Shown here in pieces: positions 47,848-64,000 of a stretch of 64,000 nucleotides of DNA (within the stretch, counting starts at the first letter, position 1; the number at the start of each line of letters is the position of its first letter). A model generated the notes under the pieces. The model saw only the letters and a program-made list of their open reading frames with translations, was not told the origin of the DNA and searched no databases. This stretch comes from Zygnema circumcarinatum SAG 698-1b (Eukaryota; Plantae; Zygnematophyceae), in assembly GCA_037447605.1 (NCBI GenBank), contig CM074822.1, positions 209,492 to 273,491 on the forward strand. The letters run 5' to 3'. A program made the position numbers and the translations under genes.

Positions 47848-48827
47848 GGCCTATGGAGGGGCTACTTCAGAGAGAGTGGGGGATGAAGAGAGAGAGCGAG
47901 CGAGTGGAAGAGGGAGAGAGGGTGGAGGGCGGGGGGAGAGAGAGGAAACTTTTATCGCGGACGTGATATGGGCCTTGCTGTTCTTTCTTGGCTCATCTTG
48001 GAATTTTTTAGGGAACGGCTCATTTTTGAGGAATAAATTGTTTGTGAGAGTTCAAATATTCGAGGATTGATTCCTCCTGAAGTGACTGTAGATGGGACTT
48101 TCCACGGAGGAGGTGATAGAAACTGAGTAACATAGGCGGGATTTTTTTTTTTTGGGTGTCCGTCTTATGGAAAAAATGAAGCGCCCAACCTTCGCCTCAT
48201 CTATGTTATGGGAACAGAAATATTCGCCACTCAGGCCATAATATTGAAAGAAAAAGGATTTGAATAAATGGAAGTCTACCCACGATTGACATTATCGGTG
48301 GGTTGGCTGGTTGGTTGGTTGATTTGTTAGTTGGTTGGTTGGTTGGTTGGTTGCCTGGTTCGTTTGTTGGCTGGAATCCATGGACCTTGCCGGTCATGGG
48401 GCACGCCTGCAGCAGAAAAAATATGCCCATTCATCAATTGGCTTCGCCTCCCCAGTAAGGATTTTGCTCATCACCTCTCTCACCTAAGACCCAACAAACC
48501 CTAAAACTCTAAAAGAAGCCGTGGAAGGCATGATAGGACTTCTCTTCTGTTTACAACATCAAATTTCAGATTTCAGAGATAGCTCAGATTTCTCCTGAGA
48601 CTGCCAAACGATGACGAGTGAAATCACACTTGAAGGAAGACTCGGTTCAATTTTTCAACGCAAGCAAACTGGCATGAAACCGTACCTCCCAAGCTCCTTC
48701 CTTCACATTTCATCGGAGCTTCTCCTTCCCGCGCATCCTCCCTTTCTTCTCCCATCAGAGCTTCTCCCTCCTCCCTCCTCCCTCCCAACAACAACTTACA
48801 ACTTTACTACTTACAGCTTTTACAACC

Positions 48828-51706
48828 TTACAACTTTTCTATAACCCGCAGCTTTGCACTTCGACTCCGAGGATTTTTCTTCATCTCCTCTTCGCTCGCG
48901 GTAATGGGCCTCTTTGTTAATATTCGCACCTTCACCCCCCTGGCAGCCAACAGCTCCTCCTCTAATCCCTCTCTCTTCAAAGCATCTCCTCCCTCAGCAC
49001 CTTCTCCCCCTCCCACTCCCTTCTTGCTGCGATATTTACTGTACCTAGTCTGCCCCGGAATATGTATAAATTCCTGGGACTCAAAATCCCTCTGTTCCAT
49101 CTCCAACCCCTCCTCCTCCCCCCCTCCCACTTTCCTACTTCCTGCTGCCTCTAGAAATGCCCTTTTCACAATGCGGTCCTCGAGACTGTGAAAGGAAATA
49201 ACTGCAAGTCGCCCTTTTGACGCCAAACTATCAATGGCATAAGGAATGACTCTCGATAAGGCTCCAAGTTCATCATTTGCAGCGATTCGGAGGGCTTGGA
49301 AGGTGCGTGTAGCGGGATGAAGACCGAGACCTGGTCTACCTGTTCTCGCTGTAGGCAGTCAACCAGCACGATTCGGGTTTCAGGTTATGGGTTCGATAAG
49401 TATAAGCAGCGACACGAGGACGGGGGAGAGAGAGAGAGAGAGAGGGGCAGGGAGAGGGGGCAGGGAGAAGGGGAGGGAGGAGAGGCAGGGGAAGGGAGGG
49501 GGGGTGGAGGAAAAGCGGGGAGCGGGCGAGGAAAAGGGGGAAAGAGAGACAGTGGTAGTGAGACAGGAGCGAGAGAGAGAGAGAGGGGGAGGGAGAGAGA
49601 GAGAGGGAGAGGGAGAGGGAGAGGGAGATGGAGATGGGGAGAGGGGGAGAGGGAGAGGGAGAGGGGGAGAGGGGGAGTTGGGGAGAGGGGGAGAGGGGGA
49701 GAGGGGGAGAGGGGGAGAGGGGGAGCGGGGAGAGGGGAGAGGGGGAGAGGGGAGAGGGGGAGAGGGGGAGAGAGGGAGAGGGAGAGAGGGAGAGAGGGAG
49801 AGAGGGAGAGGGAGAGAGGGAGAGAGGGAGAGAGAGGGAGAGAGGGAGAGAGGGAGAGAGAGAGAGAGGGGGAGAGAGAGAGAGAGAGAGAGAGAATCGG
49901 TTACAGGTCGGCCACAGAAATATGTGAGGAGCTGTCCTACCATTTTTCCGCGGTACATACGTTCCACCTCCAATGATTTTAACGAGTTCTCCTGTGTTTT
50001 TTATCTCAGATTGAGCCCTCGCCTCCACAATTCGCTTTGCCAATATCCTCCATCTCCTCTCTTCCCCATAGTCTCGCAGGATTCTCCCAATCTCCCCTTC
50101 GCTCCAATTGTTGATAATGTCCGCTGCAGAAAGTGGGCCCTGTAACCCATGTGTCGTTTGATTCAATTACGTTCGCCTAAATTCAAGTACATATGTTCTA
50201 TCGTTCATCTTCAATGTATCCAAAACCTCGGTGACTCCGCATCTCTGAGTGTTGATAACAAGGTCCTTCTGAAGGTTTAAAGTTAAGCTTTATCTACTGA
50301 ACCTTCAAAGATATCCCACACCCTTTCGATTGGCAACATTACGAATTGAAAGGAAGAGGTAACTTACTGATGGATTCATCCGCATATCAATAGGTCCATC
50401 TTGCATGAAACTGAACCCCCTCCCAGCCTCATCAACCTGAAACAAACAGAAAGAAGAAAAGTAAGAAACAAGTACGTCAAGAACTTCTAAAAGTATGCAT
50501 CCGCTGCCCCTTGCACGTATTTCAAGACTTCTGCACATTCCCCAGACTTTCTCTCGAACCCCCTTTTTCCCCTCTCTGTACGTAATGGAGGAGACAAAAA
50601 CTCTGAAGACTGTACCTGCATAGAAGAAACGCCAATGTCGAGAAGCATTCCATCGACTGATCCAGGTGGCAGACCCTCATTGGCCAAAACTTCCGCAACT
50701 TTGTCAAAATTTGATCGGACTAAGTGTAGCTTTGTTTTATCACTCGGCCTTCTACTGTCCGTCGGTTCCATCGTCCCCTTACTATTTGAATGTTTCAATT
50801 TTCCCTCTTCAAGAACAGCTTGTAAACGCTTTTTGGCCAAAAGGTGAGCCTTTGGATCAACATCAAGGCCGAGGAGGTGGCACATTTCGAAATGCTCCTT
50901 CAAAATCTGGTCGTGAAACATGTTGAAACCACATAAGCTATCAGAAATTTTACTGTCTACCTAGTTGAAACGATTCCTTCCGATGTCATCGAAGAAAAAG
51001 TCAAAATACATCTCATGCACATGCATATTGCAGGCATTGCAATGCAAAATCTCACACTGCATGCGTTGCATGCATGCAAATTGCAACTCATAGCATTTTA
51101 ACCTGGCATGTATGTTCCCTGAGAGAAAATAAGCGGAGAGAACGATGGGCGATAACCTTATTTAATCTGAAAGGACCCCAGTCCTGAATCTACCCTAATT
51201 CCTCCACCCTGAATTCCCTTACACCCTAAACTCCAAACTTATGTCGACGAGTCCAGCAGCATACACACTCGCCCTGTTTCAATAACTCAAATTAGTTAGA
51301 TAGTCACTTAGTTAGCATGTACCGCAGCGGAATGTCCCCCAGCGCCGAGCGTTCCATCCACAAAAATCTGCAAATCCCTGTCTTTAAAAAACGACAAAAC
51401 TTCAGCAAGAAGAACAGGCACATGAGGCTCCTCTCTTGATCCATGGCCTTCCCTCGCTCCTACATCCTCTCCTGCTCCTGCTGCCACATCAGCCCTAAAA
51501 TGCTCCTGCTCCTTTGCTTCCTTGTATTCCAGCACGGCCGAGAGGCCCTTAGCCCTTACAACAGAATAAACCTGCCGATACTTGAGCAGGTTTCCCGCAA
51601 ATCTTTTCCTGCTGTTTGGAAGAAAGCAAGGCGAGGAAAGCGGCAGACGAATGAGGGGAAGGCCGAGAAGGTGGCACATTTCAGCAGCATGCATGCATGC
51701 ATTCAT
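48828..51706 (-). CDS. rsmH: 16S rRNA m4C1402 methyltransferase RsmH/MraW (organelle-targeted, METTL15/CMAL-like), 5 exons, ~478 aa
   Basis: Exons 51706-51323, 50906-50616, 50436-50368, 50139-49968, 49348-48828, in frame. Motifs [97 protein letters not shown]. The start could alternatively be the ATG at 51679. Confidence 0.95.
49405..49895. repeat. GA/G-rich low-complexity tract in an rsmH intron
   Basis: (GGGAGA)n and (GGGGGAGA)n units read directly. Confidence 0.9.
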
Positions 51707-52586
51707 GCATGCGGAGGAGGAGGAGGAGGAATAATGAAGTGAAATTATAAAATTTCTTGATATCAGGGCGGATGATTCGTGTTTTTACGAGTTAGATGGC
51801 TGAGAATCCTCGCCTTGATTAAGAACCGGCGCACAGTTAAGGCCTGCTTGTCTCAAACACCTCGATAAAGACATACAAAGTGAAACCTAAAGTAAATCCT
51901 TGATAATGGTATACATTCAGAACTGCGGTGATTTAGAGTGCCCGAGCAAAGCAAGCACTGTATCCACATACGATACGATATTTTGGGTCGAATTTATATC
52001 GGAATATATCGTCTAAGATGTCAATATCGACAGATGTCTAGTTTTTTTTATCAAAAACTATCGTCCACAGTAGAAAACAAAAAAAGGTTTTTGGTGTTTT
52101 AAAGGTTTTTCTTTAGGGCTTACAATCCAAACCGTCTTCTATTCCGTAATCTTCTATGCAGGTTGCAGATGCCATTTAGTTTTGGATGCGCGAGTATTGT
52201 GCGGCCTAACCTTTCAAACCTGCGGCTTGATATTGATCTAAATTTGATAGAAGCTTATAAACAAGGCATGCTACCTCCTAACCTTATCGTAAGTGTCGCC
52301 GTGCATCCACACATTTGTCGATCTTCACCTACTTCTATACAGGTCCCTACACCTCCTGTACTTCACTCACAGACGAAGGGTGCATGCATGAAGGCTCTTT
52401 ACCCACTTTAGTGATGGAGCCATAGAGGCCAAAATCGAATTAACCTGCCCTACCTACTTTCACACAATTGGTCTCAATCTATTCACACACTCAGCCCTCC
52501 AATTCCTACTCTCCAAGCTGACAGGGTCACTTTATTGATCATATACGGTCCCCAAGGCATGCATGCTGCCATGCATGAATGCATGC

Positions 52587-59884
<7,298 letters not shown>

Positions 59885-60057
59885 ACTCTCCTGCAAATTA
59901 GGGTTTCCATGCTGAAGAATCATGAACCCAGTTGCCCTTCCCGTCATTATATCGGTCGACACCGTGTTTGTTTTGGTTCATAGAAAGAGATGCAGATCGG
60001 TATATCGTCAAATATCGGGAGTCGTTGCCGGTCGTGCCGTAAACATCGAGAAAGAGC

Positions 60058-60500
60058 CGTTGGCAATAGTTGGCTCAGGGCACAAACCAATGGTTGCTAG
60101 GGTGTGTGGCCCATCGTTGGCAATGGTTGGCTCAGGGCAGAAACCAATTGTTGCAAGGTTGGTCCATCGTTAGCAATGGTTGGCTCAGGACACAAACCAA
60201 CTGTTGCAAGGGTGGCCCATCGTTGGCGATGGTTGGCTAGGTCGTCAACTAATGGTGCTAGCCATTGCCAATGGTTAGCTAGGTCGGTTTGCCAACAGTT
60301 GCCTATGATTGATTGGCTACGGTTGCGACAACAATCGCAAGCGATGGTTGGTTGGCAAGCAATGGTTGCCAACCGTTGCCAATTAGTATGCCAGCCAATG
60401 GCTCGGACCATCACCAATGATTGGTTATAAACTACTAACCAATGGTATTAAGCATCGGCAATGGTTGGTTGACAACGATTGGCCAGCAGTGGCTGCCGCC
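60058..60500. repeat. 53-57-bp tandem repeat (CGTTGGCAATGGTTGGCTCAGGGCACAAACCAA...) decaying rightwards
   Basis: Unit starts at 60058, 60115, 60168 and 60221; degenerate AATGGTTGG copies continue to ~60500. Confidence 0.85.
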
Positions 60501-61211
60501 ATTCTAATGGTTGATCCAATACATCAAAGATTGCAGAAGGGGTTTGGAATAGGTAGGCAAAAAAGTCATGATGGTTGGGAACCGGGGAAAAATGTATCAC
60601 ATTTGTGAACCTAAACGCAATATCCAGCAGTAATATCCAACATTCACTGGCGCTATACTCTAACTCAGTAAGCTACCGTAGTGCTAATTGAATCCTGGCT
60701 TTTTGCAGGGCTCCATTAGGCTGCTATCTAGGGAGTTTATTGGCTCCTCTCTGAAGGCGTCAAAGCGGAGTCCTCAACCTTCCCGATTGCTGGTTCAAGT
60801 TCACTGAAAACCACGAGTTGACGGCTTCCAGACCTGCAACAGCCACAGGAGCAATGTAAAATTATCATCCCTCCCTCCTTCACATAAAACTTAACTGGAT
60901 GCTCACAGTATGCAAAAACTGGAGAACCAGGCGAGGATATCTATGGAAGGCATCACTTCTCTGATGAATTGCATACTTATCTGCATAATTGGCTGGACTT
61001 CTACGTCATTATGAACCTGCTGGAATGCTGCTGCAGACTGGCTACAACAGCCGCAATTCAGACAGTAGAAATGCCACGCGTATGAAAAATGAAACTGTTA
61101 AAAAAAAAAGGACAGAGAAAGGTGGTTCACATAAATCCTAATGTGCTTCACTCTTACCTTGAAGGCGCCATTGAGTTTGCCGAGGCACTTTCTGGAGCCT
61201 TCTCAGCGTAT

Positions 61212-62384
61212 TCAGCTCATACTTTCGATCGCATCATCCACTTCATCAGCGTGCTTGCACAATATCTCCCACTATTGAATGATTTGCATCAAGCAAGGAG
61301 ACGATTGTCACAAGACAAAGAATGCGCGAAAAAATGGTATCAGCATCATAATGTCATTGATTAAGCAAACGTTGTAGGTCAAAAAATGAAGTGGAGGATA
61401 GTCCGTTTGTGTCCACTAACCATCTTCACAATAAGCTCTCAAACGTTCAAAGTTGATTATAAGTTGGCGTTTTGTATTTTCCAACTTCACACCATGCGAT
61501 CCATTGGGACAGATTAACTCGCTCACCTCTTTCAATGACAGTGATATTCCTGGAATAAGCGGAGCGTTTCAGCACAGATCCAACAAACCATCGTAAGATG
61601 TTGGTAAGTTATTGACGAGACGTTGATAAAAAATCATAGCTATATAACAACCACACAGAAAACATAAATGCTTTTGCATTCCTCTAGTCAGTTAAGGACT
61701 ACCACGAGCGATGCAAAAACTAACCAATTCGCTTTATACCAGAGCTACAATGCCTCCAAGCTAGAAATAGGAGAGAAGGAGAACTGATGCAATGGTTTTC
61801 GTGGTGTTGTTCCGAGCTGTACTTGGAAGCATAACTTATTTACTACAGCACGGAACGGATGTTCTGAGATACCACTAAAAACACAGATTGCTGCGACGGT
61901 AGGGATAACCTGCTGTTACCGGCAATCTTTAGAACAAGGCTTACCTTTTTTCCCAGGCTGTTGACCAGATTTGCCTTCATAGAACTCCCTGACGTCAATT
62001 TGAACTTGGCCTTTCCAGGACCGAACATGCACCTTACGATTGTGAGAAAGCTGCATCAACAGTAAATGAAGTCTGTAGATAAAGTCAGAGTCTAATGTTT
62101 TATTACAATACTTTTCGTCGAGCAGAGAAGAACCGCAACTTGAAGGAACTTACAATGCCTGCAAGCATGTAAAGTGGCCTGAGTTCTTCAAAAGCATTTT
62201 TGATTCGAAGCTTATTGCTTAGTTCAATTTTATTTCATCACCAGCGACTGACCTCAGAAGCCATGATTCCGAATTCCGTCTGCACAAAATTTTTCTTCAC
62301 GTCATCCTGACCCTCAGGTTCTTCCTTTTCCTTATCACCATCAAAATCATCCTCCTTCGCTTTGCGCTTCAATCCTCGCTTCAT
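61212..62384 (-). CDS. KIWI: PC4/Sub1-family transcriptional coactivator (KIWI-like), 4 exons, 106 aa; absent from the ORF track
   Basis: Exons 62384-62253, 62050-61945, 61549-61527 (23 nt), 61271-61212, in frame: MKRGLKRKAKEDD..GIMASE/LSHNRKVHVRSWKGQVQIDVREFYEGKSGQQPGKK/GISLSLKE/WEILCKHADEVDDAIESMS*, the classic PC4 pattern IDxREFY..PGKKGISL..W. Confidence 0.9.
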
Positions 62385-62710
62385 GGCCAGCCCCTGAACT
62401 CAGTTGCCAAGAAAATTAGGCCTTCAAAGCCTGAATGGAACGAATGGATGGTTCAATGTCAAGACTCTGCTACCAGATCACAGATACCAAGCAGAAAACT
62501 GCTGAAATGAATAGTGCTGCGAGCAACTGCAGGCCTGCTTTCGCCTGGCTTCCATCAAGCAACTGACAGCCTTTCAGTTGCAGGGGGTGGAAACAGAGGA
62601 GAGGGAAAAGTATGGCCCTCGTTAAAGTAAACACAGTACAATTTCGTACAGCGACCCCCCCTCGTAAAGTAACTAAAGTGCAATGTGGTACAGTGCACCC
62701 CCTATAACTA

Positions 62711-62915
62711 GGGGGAGTCAGACCTTGACCATCGCTTACGAAATTCCCGAATTCCTTATACTAAAAGTCACTTCTTTCGTGTACGAATTCCGATTCGGGA
62801 TCCGCGGCTCCGCCGAGTCCAGCCGTACCGAAATGCGTACCTAGCCAATGCTGTGCTCAATTCGCCCGACAGGCTTACGAAATTGATTTGGCGATGGTCA
62901 AGGTCTGACTCCCCC
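62711..62915. mobile_element. Candidate MITE / non-autonomous DNA transposon, 205 bp with perfect 25-bp terminal inverted repeats
   Basis: GGGGGAGTCAGACCTTGACCATCGC at 62711-62735 and its exact reverse complement at 62891-62915; no ORF and no obvious target-site duplication. Confidence 0.65.
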
Positions 62916-64000
62916 AAATGTAGCAAATGTACAATTTTCTACAATGTACAATAGTACAGCATGACATGCCCTCCTTTTTAGGGTACTGCTAAATTCACAC
63001 CTTTTTTGTCTAGACTCTAGACACAGACCTTTTTTCGCGGGGCAGATTTTCTACTCCCTTTTTAAAGTAAAATTTGTACAGTACTGCTTTCCATACGGAT
63101 AACTGGATAACGCCTGCCCTACGCATGTCAAGAACGCGGAACGCGACAAAAATAAAGTACGGTAATCGGAATGCAGACACCCTTTTTTTGTCGCATACCC
63201 AAGAGAATACAGTACAGTAGCCAGCTAATGTACGAACTGCCGGCCGGCTGTCTGACGGCCGGCCGGCAGTTCGTACACCGTACGGTTCGTGCGCTTGCAC
63301 CCTCCCTTGCTCCCTTGCGGGGCGGGCCCGCCCGTGCGATCGCGCGCCGCCCCCGCCGTACATCGCCCCCGCGCGACACATATGGTCGCGAGAGGCAGTG
63401 GACAAAACGTTCACCTAAAGAGGCTGTAAACTAGACATTTTTAAATATCTAGCTCAATGTGTCACCAGGCAACTCAAACAAGCCTTGTAGACCTTGCTCT
63501 ACAGAATTGTGGCGGTTCTATGCATGAGCGTTTTATAGTGCGCTGTTCTGTTTTTGCGTGCAGTCGCGTTTTGTGGCGTTGTGGGACTACCTTGCACGTG
63601 TAGTTGGCTTGCATGCTCGTTGCGTGGTTGAATCTTGACACGTCTTTCAATGCTTGTAAACAGGTGTGTCGGTAGCTTTGGCCGCTTTTGCTCGTGATTG
63701 GTAACGGGTCGTTGGCGCGTGGTGCAAATTTTTCGCAAGGCTTAGTTGCCTTCATAGGGCTTGTAATAATAACAACAATAATTATAATTATTAGTGTAGT
63801 AAGAGGCCCTTTACCCTTTGCTTTAACTCTTTCTTTCTAATTTTGGTTTTTAACAAGCTTTAAAAGTTTGTTAATGCCTCTTTTATCTTTTTGTAAAACC
63901 CTTTAAAAGCATTAAGATGAAGAAAAAGTTCGACCATTAGTAAGGCAGTATAAGGTATTGGATTGTCGGATCGCCTTTAAAGAGGAGGATCGACCATTAG

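Noticed and set aside
60058-60430. CRISPR-like array; 106- and 108-aa ORFs
   Set aside because: The units are wholly repeated with no unique spacers, there are no cas genes, the context is eukaryotic, and the ORFs are repeat translations.
63930-64000. TCGACCATTAG repeated 60 bp apart at the window edge
   Set aside because: Only two 11-bp copies and truncated by the window end, so it cannot be interpreted.

Overview
Eukaryotic, intron-rich streptophyte (plant or streptophyte-algal) genomic DNA. The species cannot be determined; a non-seed lineage is inferred from the divergent CHASE kinase and the METTL24-like gene. Nine protein-coding genes were reconstructed by hand from GT-AG splice sites, reading-frame continuity and recalled family motifs: CHASE-domain hybrid histidine kinase (+, 6015-14971), XPB helicase (-, 16782-31430), Methyltransf_22/METTL24-like protein (+), membrane-anchored MYB (-), an unrecognised 2x RanBP2/NZF zinc-finger protein (-), SCO1 (+), RsmH/MraW (-), a TFIIIC GTF3C2-like WD40 protein (-) and a PC4/KIWI coactivator (-). 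No rRNA, tRNA, CRISPR array or autonomous transposon was recognised. The unusual features are non-coding: (i) introns filled with mostly sense-strand pyrimidine tracts, including a 5.5-kb XPB intron that is ~5.35 kb of near-pure C/T and ends at an A-rich acceptor shadowed by a stronger stop-introducing acceptor; (ii) telomere-type arrays of two motif types inside XPB introns; (iii) a 9-nt in-frame micro-exon next to the kinase receiver phospho-Asp; (iv) CpG-rich, hairpin-dense intergenic islands sharing motifs (TGTACGAA, TGTCGG arrays, G-box palindromes, GAAA/TTCG tetraloop stems) and one 205-bp element with perfect 25-bp terminal inverted repeats. No database search or folding program was run; homology calls rest on recalled motifs. 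The very long ORFs over GA repeats are artefacts.
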